Shown here in pieces: positions 32,270 to 41,022 of a DNA stretch of 64,000 nucleotides. The stretch is from IMG/VR virus record IMGVR_UViG_3300027771_001853, positions 124,001 to 188,000 of that record; one strand, given 5' to 3'. The position numbers were made by a program, and so were the translations under genes. The notes under the pieces are model-generated. The model saw nothing but the letters and a program-made list of their open reading frames with translations. It did not search any database and had not been told where the DNA came from. Position 1 is the first letter of the stretch. Each line of letters begins with the position of its first letter.

Positions 32270-32560
32270 ATGGACTACTTAATAGGATACATCATCATCT
32301 CAATACTTCTAATGATTGTTTTTATCGAAATGAATAAAAATGAACTATATCAAGACATGTGTGACATAAACACAAGATATAACAATAGGTTATTAGAACT
32401 AGTAAAAAATGGAGAATTAACTAATTCTAGATATGAAAGAATGTGTAGAAAGGTAGGGTCTGGTTTTAATCTATATGTGGTCGTACATTTTATAAAAGCC
32501 CCCTTCTTTGCTCCAATGATTTTTATCCTATTTCTATATAACGGCGGAAAACTTCTTTAA
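32270..32560 (+). CDS. Small membrane protein (2 predicted TM segments)
   Basis: Hydrophobic N- and C-terminal segments. Followed by a terminator. Confidence 0.6.
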   Translation: MDYLIGYIIISILLMIVFIEMNKNELYQDMCDINTRYNNRLLELVKNGELTNSRYERMCRKVGSGFNLYVVVHFIKAPFFAPMIFILFLYNGGKLL

Positions 32561-32562
32561 AA

Positions 32563-32588
32563 AAAAAAGACCCATAAGGGTCTTTTTT
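32563..32588. terminator. Bidirectional Rho-independent terminator
   Basis: AAAAAAGACCC-ATAA-GGGTCTTTTTT between convergent genes. Confidence 0.8.
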
Positions 32589-32606
32589 ATTATAACTATA
32601 TTTTTT

Positions 32607-33797
32607 TTATGTTCGTGCTCCTGAATTATCTGTAGCTCCGTCATCTCCAGAAGGTAATCCTTCTTCTTCGTCTTCTACATCCATTTCAGTTCCTTCCATA
32701 TTCATGTCCATATCAACCTCGTAAAACTCAGCACTATTTCCATGTTCTTCATAAAATTCTCCACCATCAACGGCTCTTTTTAAACCAGCTTCACTTTCTG
32801 GAGAAGCGTATTCCATACCCTCACCTTCGTCATCTGAGATACCAGTCCCTAACTCTTCATCGTCTTCACCTAGACCAATTTTATCACTCGCTTTACTAGC
32901 TAAAGCTGTACCAAAGGCTGTACCAACTGCATTTCCAACTACTCTTTGCCATTGTTCACTCATTAGTTTTATTTCTTTTTCTACAGATTCGGACATTCCT
33001 TTAGCTGCTTTCTTCATAGATTCTTTTTTGTTACCATCACCATCTAAGTCTAAGTAATCTGGTTTAGGTTTTTTACCTTCTTCCATATCTTCTTCCATAC
33101 CGTCCATATCTTCGTCATGCATTCCATACATTTCTCCCATATCTTCATCAGAACCATCATCTACCATAGACTCTAACATTTCATCATTGTCCATATAACC
33201 CGTTTCATGTTCAGGATAAGGTATGTCTTGTAGAATATCTGAGTCTGGTCTTACACCTCTTTGGTCTTTTCCAGCACCCATAAGTTCTGCAGTCTTTGTC
33301 ATAAAATTAGAAAGTTTTACTATACTATTTTCTAGTTTTTGTTTTGTTGATGGGTCTTTAATATATTCCCACGCTTTTTTAACATGGTTAATTATATTTT
33401 CTATACCTTCTCCAGCTGCAACTCCAGGGTCTCTATTGTATTGTCCTTGCTCTAAAAGTGTGATTTTTTCAGTTTTTATAGCTTCACTAATTAAACTGTA
33501 AGCTTCATTCACTATTTCATCTAATTCGTCTTCTTCTTCTAGACTCAAAACAATTGTGTCATCAACCATTTCTTCACCATCATTGTCTCCACCTTCCATT
33601 CCGTTAGGGTCCATCATCATACCATCTAAATTAGCAAAACCTTCTGGACCACCTAAACATTGTTCCATTAATCTTTCAAATTGTGATTCAGTTACAACAA
33701 TATTTTGTGGTAAGTCGGAGAACGTTTTTTCACCTTCTTGTAATTTTCCACTAGTTTTTTCTACAATTTCCTCTTTTGAGTACTTAAAATCTTTCAT
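32607..33797 (-). CDS. Highly acidic low-complexity protein, probable head-internal / core protein
   Basis: D/E/M/G-rich, with NIVVTESQFERLME, KPDYLDLDGDGNKKESMKKA and many [ILM]-x-E sites. Confidence 0.55.
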   Translation of the reverse strand: MKDFKYSKEEIVEKTSGKLQEGEKTFSDLPQNIVVTESQFERLMEQCLGGPEGFANLDGMMMDPNGMEGGDNDGEEMVDDTIVLSLEEEDELDEIVNEAYSLISEAIKTEKITLLEQGQYNRDPGVAAGEGIENIINHVKKAWEYIKDPSTKQKLENSIVKLSNFMTKTAELMGAGKDQRGVRPDSDILQDIPYPEHETGYMDNDEMLESMVDDGSDEDMGEMYGMHDEDMDGMEEDMEEGKKPKPDYLDLDGDGNKKESMKKAAKGMSESVEKEIKLMSEQWQRVVGNAVGTAFGTALASKASDKIGLGEDDEELGTGISDDEGEGMEYASPESEAGLKRAVDGGEFYEEHGNSAEFYEVDMDMNMEGTEMDVEDEEEGLPSGDDGATDNSGART

Positions 33798-33833
33798 AAT
33801 TTCTTTTTTGTTTACAAATAAATATAAATTAAT

Positions 33834-33862
33834 AAGAAAGAGGGCCTAAGCCCTACTTTCTT
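33834..33862 (-). terminator. Probable terminator after the tail sheath gene
   Basis: AGAAAG(T)AGGGC-TTAG-GCCCTCTTTCTT hairpin immediately after the stop codon. Confidence 0.55.
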
Positions 33863-36800
33863 TTATATATCTTCAAAGTTAGCACCTGTTGGTGTTATTA
33901 AGAATTCTATGTCTATAAATTCTAATGACCTTGTTGGTTTGATATATATTTTACCTGATAGGGTATTTTGGTCTATCAATGATGGGTCATCCGAAAGTAC
34001 AACTCTAAAGTCCGTTAATCCCCTTTCTCTTCTTATAGAGTCTAAAATTGGGTTAACTAAATCTAGGAATTCGTTTCTTACTTGTTCGTCATTTTGTTCG
34101 AATAGTAATCTAACAGCTACTGCCGATATTAATTTTCTAGCTTGTAGTAACAATCTTCTAACATTAATTCTATCTAAAGCTGATTCTCTAACTTGTAGTG
34201 TTTTATTACCCCAAATTATAGTACCCACATCAGAATAAGTAGCGATTGGATTGATTCTACCTTTGTATAATATGTCTCTCTCGTCTAAAGTCAATTTCTT
34301 TCTAGCTTTAACCGCGTTTACTATACCTCTTGTATAACCTGCCGATGCGAACCATGGGAAGGCTATATTATCTGTTAATGCTATATTCCTCATTACGTCA
34401 TACGTTGGTGGGAGATATAACTGAACATTATTATCATTATCCCTAAGTTGTACCCAAGGATAGTAAGTTGCTGTATAGTTTGAATCTATCCCTGTAGCGT
34501 CTAGATTATCTACAGCTTCTTGTGGTTGTACAATATTAGTTACATTAAACGTATTAGCGTTCATACTATAGTCTGGTGTTGTAGTAACATATAACGAATC
34601 TGCTCTATCAGCTTCTATCATTTCTATAGTTTCTTCAACTAAGTTACTATGGTTAATGTAGTCAATACCTGGTGTAGCGAATACATTTATGTTCACAGCT
34701 TCTGGGTTTTGGAATGTATTGATAGCGTCTAAATAAGCGTAGTAATCTGTATTCGCTGCATCTGTTCCTCTAGTTCTAAATATACCCCAACCTGAAGCGT
34801 TTGGATATTGTGACGTTGAACATGCCCCGTAGTTCCATCCACTTTGTGACAACATGTAAGTGTCTTCATTACTTCTTGTTTTTCTGTATATATCCCATCC
34901 ATCAAACCCACCATATGGTAAGAACGTGAATTTACGTGAGAATAAGTTATAGTATGGATGGTTTGACTGTGTAGGTTCTGTAGCTAAAGAAGCGTTACCA
35001 ACTTCAAACATCGATGTTCCAGTTATACTTGCTGGAGCTGGAGAAGTGAATTTAACAACTGTTGCTCCACTATCCATATGATAACCTTTACAAAGCATCG
35101 ACCAATCATTTAATGTCTGGTTTGTACATAGATTACCGTTAGCTGGCATCGGTTTACCTTTATATTGTAAGAAGTCACTATCTATCCCCATATTATCTGA
35201 GAACCCAAGATATATCCTTCTAAACTTATCACCTGAACTATATGTTGGTGCTGCAAATGGTGGGTCCTGAACTAATTCACCTGGTTGGTCGTAGTGGGTT
35301 TTATATATCGGACAAACACCATCACAACCATTAGCTCTAGTTATGTAACCTTTAAACCCTTCTGGTACCGCGTTCCATCTAGTATCATCATCTTCATGAT
35401 AGTCAGCTACTTGTAACATAATGTACCTACTAAGAAGTTCGTACTCCCCATTAGATGTACCTACTCTTTTAGCCACATAAGAGTTAAGTGTTGGGTTCAT
35501 ACTACAACGTGTGTATTTTTCTAATACTATCGGGTTTGCGTCTGTGTCATAGAAATCACGAACTTGTATATCAAACTCTCTTCTTTCTAGACTTATATTA
35601 ATTATAGATATTTTAACTGTTGTGTTAGCTGCGTCACCATCAGGTATTGTAATAACTCTAAATAGGTCATACACATTTGTACCCCTTAATTCAGAAACAA
35701 CATATGGTGTAGCTGGTGTTTGGAATTCTTCTAAGTAGTACCCCATAGAGTTGGAACCACCTTCTTGTACTGATGGTGAAAACAATGCCTCACATCTTAT
35801 TCCTTTAATCTTACCTTGATTATAACTGTGTGTTAACCAATTTGGGTATATTTCTTCAACAAAAATTGGGACTTCTTTTCTATCTTTATCAAAAGGAGCT
35901 CTACCTAACACTCTTGGTAGGTAATCAGCGTTTCCTTGACCCATAGAAACTTTAAAAGCAAAATTAGTTCCATCATCATTCATAACATCCAAACCAAACG
36001 AAGCGAATGGGTTAGATTGTGATGCGTTATATGTACCACCTGTACAATTATACGTTACACCTGTACTAGAGATACCTGGACTTCCAGCTCCACCACCATA
36101 TTTTGGGTGTGCCCAAGCAGCGTTTGTAGGTACTTCATATACTGGACCACCAGAATCTAGACTACTAAGACCACGAGACCTTAAGGTCGCTACTGTCTTT
36201 CCATCAAAATCTTTAAATGAATGTCCAGAGAATGCACATGTTGAGAACTGTACTGTACCTGAGAATATACCTGTTGAACCAGACCAACTACCATCAGTCA
36301 TTCCGGAAACAGACATATTAAACCCTATACCGTCGTAATTACTATCCGAATTATAATTAAATAACCCGTATAACCATGGTTCGGATGCTGTTGAACACCA
36401 ATCGTCACAGTTAGTACTAAGAGCGTTCTGAGCAGTAACACCACTATAGTAAGGACTCATACCACCACCTTGGAATACTTCTTCTAAACTATCACCTGAT
36501 GATGTACAACCAAAAGTGTAAGAGGCTGTAGCAGCACTAACGAATTTATCGTATTGGGGTGTACCCGGTAAATTAATTGGTTGGTTTGGATAATTTGCTG
36601 GGTCACCAGATACTGAAGGGTCGAAACCTCCTGGGTGACTAGCTTCACTACATAACTCATCAAAGAAAGCAGTTATTTCTTTTCTTAATGATGTTGCTCC
36701 CCCATCAGCTAATGGTATGTTATTATCTATACTTCTAGCGATTAGATTCGTAGAATAGTCTCCAGCTGTTGAAGACCCACCACTAAACATCCATAACCAT

Positions 36801-37270
36801 TCATTTATACCAGTATAAATTTTACCGTCACTTAATCCTACCACTGTACATGGTGAACCTGAAAGTACAAATGAAACCGAACTAGCTGAACATGTTAGAC
36901 CAGTTACTGAATTACAATCTACAGCCCCTTGTGTACATAATTGCCACGCTGGACCTGCATCATAACCAGTGTAACCCAATACCCTAGTTACGAATAACTG
37001 GTTGGATTGGGTTAGATAACTCTTTGCTATGTAAGGTAACTCATACTTTGGGAATGTTGTGTCCACATACTTTTCAGCACTTGTAGCACCAAAATAAGAT
37101 GAGAACTCACTCCAATTAGTTATAAAAATAGGTTCAAAAGCTGGACCTCTTAAAGTCTCACCTGCTAAACCTAATGTTGTTACACCAACACTCTGTGCTA
37201 CGAATGTTAAGTCTTTTTCCGAGGTATACACACCTGGAGATACGAATACTCTATTACTGTTACTTGCCAT
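33863..37270 (-). CDS. Contractile tail sheath protein (gp18-like) with large insertions
   Basis: VSPGVYTSEKD, GPAFEP, SNYTATYYPW, PWFASAGYTRG, RINPI, WGNKTLQ...SALDRINVRRLL and IKPTRSLEFI. Confidence 0.95.
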   Translation of the reverse strand: MASNSNRVFVSPGVYTSEKDLTFVAQSVGVTTLGLAGETLRGPAFEPIFITNWSEFSSYFGATSAEKYVDTTFPKYELPYIAKSYLTQSNQLFVTRVLGYTGYDAGPAWQLCTQGAVDCNSVTGLTCSASSVSFVLSGSPCTVVGLSDGKIYTGINEWLWMFSGGSSTAGDYSTNLIARSIDNNIPLADGGATSLRKEITAFFDELCSEASHPGGFDPSVSGDPANYPNQPINLPGTPQYDKFVSAATASYTFGCTSSGDSLEEVFQGGGMSPYYSGVTAQNALSTNCDDWCSTASEPWLYGLFNYNSDSNYDGIGFNMSVSGMTDGSWSGSTGIFSGTVQFSTCAFSGHSFKDFDGKTVATLRSRGLSSLDSGGPVYEVPTNAAWAHPKYGGGAGSPGISSTGVTYNCTGGTYNASQSNPFASFGLDVMNDDGTNFAFKVSMGQGNADYLPRVLGRAPFDKDRKEVPIFVEEIYPNWLTHSYNQGKIKGIRCEALFSPSVQEGGSNSMGYYLEEFQTPATPYVVSELRGTNVYDLFRVITIPDGDAANTTVKISIINISLERREFDIQVRDFYDTDANPIVLEKYTRCSMNPTLNSYVAKRVGTSNGEYELLSRYIMLQVADYHEDDDTRWNAVPEGFKGYITRANGCDGVCPIYKTHYDQPGELVQDPPFAAPTYSSGDKFRRIYLGFSDNMGIDSDFLQYKGKPMPANGNLCTNQTLNDWSMLCKGYHMDSGATVVKFTSPAPASITGTSMFEVGNASLATEPTQSNHPYYNLFSRKFTFLPYGGFDGWDIYRKTRSNEDTYMLSQSGWNYGACSTSQYPNASGWGIFRTRGTDAANTDYYAYLDAINTFQNPEAVNINVFATPGIDYINHSNLVEETIEMIEADRADSLYVTTTPDYSMNANTFNVTNIVQPQEAVDNLDATGIDSNYTATYYPWVQLRDNDNNVQLYLPPTYDVMRNIALTDNIAFPWFASAGYTRGIVNAVKARKKLTLDERDILYKGRINPIATYSDVGTIIWGNKTLQVRESALDRINVRRLLLQARKLISAVAVRLLFEQNDEQVRNEFLDLVNPILDSIRRERGLTDFRVVLSDDPSLIDQNTLSGKIYIKPTRSLEFIDIEFLITPTGANFEDI

Positions 37271-37404
37271 TTAATTTGTTTTTTGTCTAAAAATTTAATT
37301 CTACTTTAGATAAATATTGAACAAAATTCAAAAAAACCGTCTTAAAGTAGGATAATATCTAATAAGTGGGAATTAAATAATACTTTTTTCATACTTATTA
37401 AAAA

Positions 37405-37572
37405 ATGTTAGATTTGAAGACGATAAGAACAAAAAATATTAAAATAAAACCTAGGGTTCACAAGCTCCTAAAAGAGTATTGTGATAAACACGGTCTAAAG
37501 ATGTTTGCTTTTGTAGAAAAACTCATATCTGAAAAATGTGAACAAAAAAAAGATGTATACGGAGATTATTAG
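37405..37572 (+). CDS. Small ribbon-helix-helix-like DNA-binding protein (not in the ORF track)
   Basis: 55 aa, MLDLKTIRTKNIKIKPRVHKLLKEYCDKHGLKMFAFVEKLISEKCEQKKDVYGDY. Alternating beta strand followed by two helices. Confidence 0.65.
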   Translation: MLDLKTIRTKNIKIKPRVHKLLKEYCDKHGLKMFAFVEKLISEKCEQKKDVYGDY

Positions 37573-38663
37573 TCTAAAGTGACTTTAAGTCTCTGTAAAG
37601 CATCTTCCGTAATATCACTTTTAGTTATGTCCATTTGTAGTAAATCACCAGAATTTATATATAATGGTAAACTAACCCCTATTTGAGCACCACCTTGTGG
37701 TTTAATAAAAACATTGTTTATTACACCTATGTTTGAGGCCTCATCTATGTCTATTTTACAAGTAAAATCAAATAAGTAATAAGCCGTAGTTATATTATCA
37801 CCAAAACTCAACCCAATATATATTGTTTTTGGGTTATCACTTTCTGGGACTTTGTGTTTTTCTCCCTTATGTACTTTTGTGTTTACCTCAAATAATGTCA
37901 ATGTACGACTGATTGCTGGACTTATTTCAAACTCATCTTCATCTATCAAAAATCCCTGCATTTGGAATTGGTAGGTTTGACTGTAGAATTTTCTACTTTC
38001 TAAGTCTGTTAGTTGGGAACTGTCTGTTATATTTTCCAATACTATCGGGATGTAGTGCCCTTTAACAAAAGTGTAGGCTTGTCGTGAAGTGAACCTTTGC
38101 ATAACAACCCTGTTAAATAAATTAACTTCTCTCATCCTATTACAAATAACTCTTACGTCGTAAACAATATCTACAGGTACCGGTTGTGGTATCTTATACA
38201 AATCCATCCCTTTTCTTTGTCCGTCCCATGTTGGGACTTTTGCGTAATGAAATTGTTTACGATTAGGTATGGTGTACTTTAATGAAGGATTACTACCAAA
38301 ATTAACATCTGGTCTTCTAACTACCGATATAAAAGGTAACTTAATATTTTTATCTAAATCAGAAAATTTCCAAGTCTGTGTAAATTCACCCCATCTTTGA
38401 GCTGTTAGAATCCTGTCTATTACTGGTATCTCTTTACCATTGATTGTCGACTCTAATTTATCTTTAACGAATTCTAACATCCCTAAATCTAAATCTTCGT
38501 GTAACACACTTTTTGGTAAGAAAGTACCGTCATCTTGTATAAACTCTGCTAATTGTTGTCTTCTTTTTGGCGTAGTTCTACCATCATACCCATGAGGGTA
38601 TTCGTTTTGTCCCTTAACTGTCGGGTACGGATTTAATGTTTTTTTAACTTTTTTTGGTAACAT
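37569..38663 (-). CDS. Tail terminator / sheath-stabilising protein (gp15-like), tentative
   Basis: Likely start is the ATG at 38663 (MLPKK), just after the upstream stop. IKLPFISVVR and PQPVPVDIVYDV motifs. Position between neck and sheath genes. Confidence 0.55.
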   Translation of the reverse strand: MLPKKVKKTLNPYPTVKGQNEYPHGYDGRTTPKRRQQLAEFIQDDGTFLPKSVLHEDLDLGMLEFVKDKLESTINGKEIPVIDRILTAQRWGEFTQTWKFSDLDKNIKLPFISVVRRPDVNFGSNPSLKYTIPNRKQFHYAKVPTWDGQRKGMDLYKIPQPVPVDIVYDVRVICNRMREVNLFNRVVMQRFTSRQAYTFVKGHYIPIVLENITDSSQLTDLESRKFYSQTYQFQMQGFLIDEDEFEISPAISRTLTLFEVNTKVHKGEKHKVPESDNPKTIYIGLSFGDNITTAYYLFDFTCKIDIDEASNIGVINNVFIKPQGGAQIGVSLPLYINSGDLLQMDITKSDITEDALQRLKVTLD

Positions 38664-38664
38664 A

Positions 38665-39183
38665 TTATATTCCTTTAAATTCGTTTTCTGATACTGGGGT
38701 ACAAATAATACTTCTAAAAAAAGCTTTATACCCACCCATAGTATGTGCATTATCATTTTGTATTCTACCATCATCCGCCACCACAAAATATCTCACCCTA
38801 TCTTCTTTTTCTGGATAACCCACATAATCACCATAACTAATATTGATGGACAATTCTTTTAAATGTTTATCATAAACAGAGAATGTTAAATTTCCGGATT
38901 CTTTATACTCCACTAAACCATCCGCGTATGAAGTGTTTTTAGGTGTATCAATCTTTAGGGACCCCACATTAAACTCTACAGGTGGAAAAAACCTTATTTC
39001 CTCTGGTCCTGATTCAGCATACACAGCATCAACATCACTCTTTTTTCTATCAACCCTAAACAACACTAAAGTAAAATTTAAATCACCATCAACATATTCT
39101 TTACCCATATCGATATTAATATCAAAATCTTCTTTAGAAAAAAACTTGTTTAATCTTTTAATTGGTATTTTCTTTTGTTCCAT
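38665..39183 (-). CDS. Neck / head-closure protein (gp14-like), tentative
   Basis: VLFRVD...VYAES...FFPPVEF and ISYGDYVGY. Context next to gp13- and gp15-like genes. Confidence 0.55.
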   Translation of the reverse strand: MEQKKIPIKRLNKFFSKEDFDINIDMGKEYVDGDLNFTLVLFRVDRKKSDVDAVYAESGPEEIRFFPPVEFNVGSLKIDTPKNTSYADGLVEYKESGNLTFSVYDKHLKELSINISYGDYVGYPEKEDRVRYFVVADDGRIQNDNAHTMGGYKAFFRSIICTPVSENEFKGI

Positions 39184-39244
39184 AATTAAATTTATCTATA
39201 TTATAAATAGTTTGTTTTTTAGTCTTGATTAGTTATACTTGGAT

Positions 39245-40999
39245 ATGTCTATAGATAGTAATATACCGGAACATAAAGCGCTAGCTATTTTAAAGGAGTA
39301 TAGTGGTGCTAATAACTACATCTTACAGATGAAGAAAAACCTTTTTACCTATAGTAGATGGAAGATGGGGACAGGTCAAAGAGATTACATACTTACCCAC
39401 CACGAAACAACACCAAAAGTAGCGAAAAAATGGGTAGAGATAGATTCTTATTTTGGTGAGCAGTTACAAGAAACCAGACTACTAACATACAAACCAAAAG
39501 AATTATACATAGAAAAACTTCTAACTCAAACAGATAAAGCTTACCACGTATATGGTAAAGTGTTTTCAGCTGACACACTAAATTGTTTATGGGTACCTAA
39601 ATCACAAATAGTTTCAGACACATCAAAACCTATAGATGTGGATTATGAACCATTTAAACATAGAGAACCTTTTATACACCAAAAAGAAGCTATAGAAAAA
39701 CTAGTAGCGAATGAAAAATATATCCTAGCTGACGATATGGGTCTTGGTAAAACAACTTCAGCTGTAATCGCCTCTATAGTTAAAGAATTTAAAAAAATAT
39801 TAGTAATATGTCCAGCTTCATTAAAAATTAACTGGGAAAGGGAGATTAGGAACTACAGTGATGATTCAATATCACTGGTTGAGGGTAAGAAATGGCAGTC
39901 ATCAAAATACATAATAATAAATTATGACATATTAAAAAACTTTCACTCTATACCTAAAAAAGATGAGGTAGTTACGAGTCAGATATTGGAAGAAGATTTT
40001 GATTTAATCATAATAGATGAAGCCCACTACATTTCTAATGGAAAAGCTCAAAGAAGTAAAATAGTTAATGATATTTGTAAAAAAGTACAACACGTATGGT
40101 TACTTAGTGGTACACCTATGACATCAAGACCAATTAATTACTATAACTTACTAAAAATAGTAGGCAGTAGGGTTTCCGCAAACTGGCGTTCTTATGTACT
40201 AAGGTACTGTGAAGGTAGACAATTTAGAGCTCACGGTGGTAGAAAAATATGGAACGTTAATGGGGCCTCTAATCTAGAAGAATTAAGAGATAGGACCAAT
40301 AATAAAGTATTAAGAAGATTAAAGGAAGATGTGTTAGATTTACCAGACAAAATTATAACACCAATATATCTAGATTTAAAATCTAAAGATTATGAAAAGG
40401 AGGTCGGTGAGTATCTGGATTGGAATACCAGAACTTCTAACCAAAGTATAACCGTTCATTTATCTAAATTAACAAAAATTAGACAAATACTAGCTTGGAA
40501 CAAATTAGACTATACCTGTGAACTTATTGACCAAGCTATAGAGCAAGAAAAAAAAGTAATTGTTTTTTGTAACTTTACTGACCCTTTACTGGAATTAGGT
40601 AGGAGGTATGAAAAAAATTCTGTCCTTTTATACGGACAAATGAGTAAAGAAGATAGACAAAAAAGTGTAGATTCTTTCCAAACTGACCCAAACACCCAAA
40701 TATTCATATCCAACATTAAAGCTGGTGGGGTGGGTATTACTTTGACAGCTGCTGAAGCGGTAATAATGAATGATTTATCATTTGTTCCTTCTGACCATTC
40801 CCAAGCAGAAGATAGAGCATTTAGGATAGGCCAAAAAAAGAATGTTTCTTGTTTTTACCCAATATTTGATAATACGATAGAGAGGGTAATTTATAATATT
40901 CTCGCAAACAAAAAACGAGTAATAGATACGGTTATGGGTGACAATATACCCGAAGAAGACATATTTACTGAGATACTATCGGAAATCCAAACACTTTAG
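39245..40999 (+). CDS. SNF2-family ATPase / helicase (SMARCAL1/HARP-like)
   Basis: ADDMGLGKT, CPASLKINW, IIDEAHY, LSGTP, GVGITLTAA and QAEDRAFRIGQ. The ATG at 39245 is preferred over the TTG at 39239. Confidence 0.9.
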   Translation: MSIDSNIPEHKALAILKEYSGANNYILQMKKNLFTYSRWKMGTGQRDYILTHHETTPKVAKKWVEIDSYFGEQLQETRLLTYKPKELYIEKLLTQTDKAYHVYGKVFSADTLNCLWVPKSQIVSDTSKPIDVDYEPFKHREPFIHQKEAIEKLVANEKYILADDMGLGKTTSAVIASIVKEFKKILVICPASLKINWEREIRNYSDDSISLVEGKKWQSSKYIIINYDILKNFHSIPKKDEVVTSQILEEDFDLIIIDEAHYISNGKAQRSKIVNDICKKVQHVWLLSGTPMTSRPINYYNLLKIVGSRVSANWRSYVLRYCEGRQFRAHGGRKIWNVNGASNLEELRDRTNNKVLRRLKEDVLDLPDKIITPIYLDLKSKDYEKEVGEYLDWNTRTSNQSITVHLSKLTKIRQILAWNKLDYTCELIDQAIEQEKKVIVFCNFTDPLLELGRRYEKNSVLLYGQMSKEDRQKSVDSFQTDPNTQIFISNIKAGGVGITLTAAEAVIMNDLSFVPSDHSQAEDRAFRIGQKKNVSCFYPIFDNTIERVIYNILANKKRVIDTVMGDNIPEEDIFTEILSEIQTL

Positions 41000-41000
41000 A

Positions 41001-41007
41001 TATTTAT
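41001..41007 (+). promoter_or_regulatory. TATTTAT putative late promoter motif upstream of the plus-strand neck gene
   Basis: TATTTAT 15 nt before the ATG at 41023. Its orientation flips with the gene strand. Confidence 0.7.
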
Positions 41008-41022
41008 TAGTAAACAACTAAT

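Noticed and set aside
4208-37270. Extracellular contractile injection system or T6SS locus in a bacterial chromosome, or an NCLDV
   Set aside because: Sheath, tube and baseplate genes are interleaved with phage-type PolB, helicase, UvsX, gp32-like SSB and neck genes. No cellular housekeeping genes or NCLDV markers are present.
37271-37404. Possible tRNA or ncRNA in the larger intergenic gaps (also 13672-13791)
   Set aside because: The gaps are AT-rich with no cloverleaf or T-loop signature, and are explained by promoters and terminators.
38664-38786. N-terminal extension of the 405-aa ORF given in the track
   Set aside because: It overlaps the gp14-like gene by about 120 nt. The ATG at 38663 immediately follows the upstream stop and is the more plausible start.
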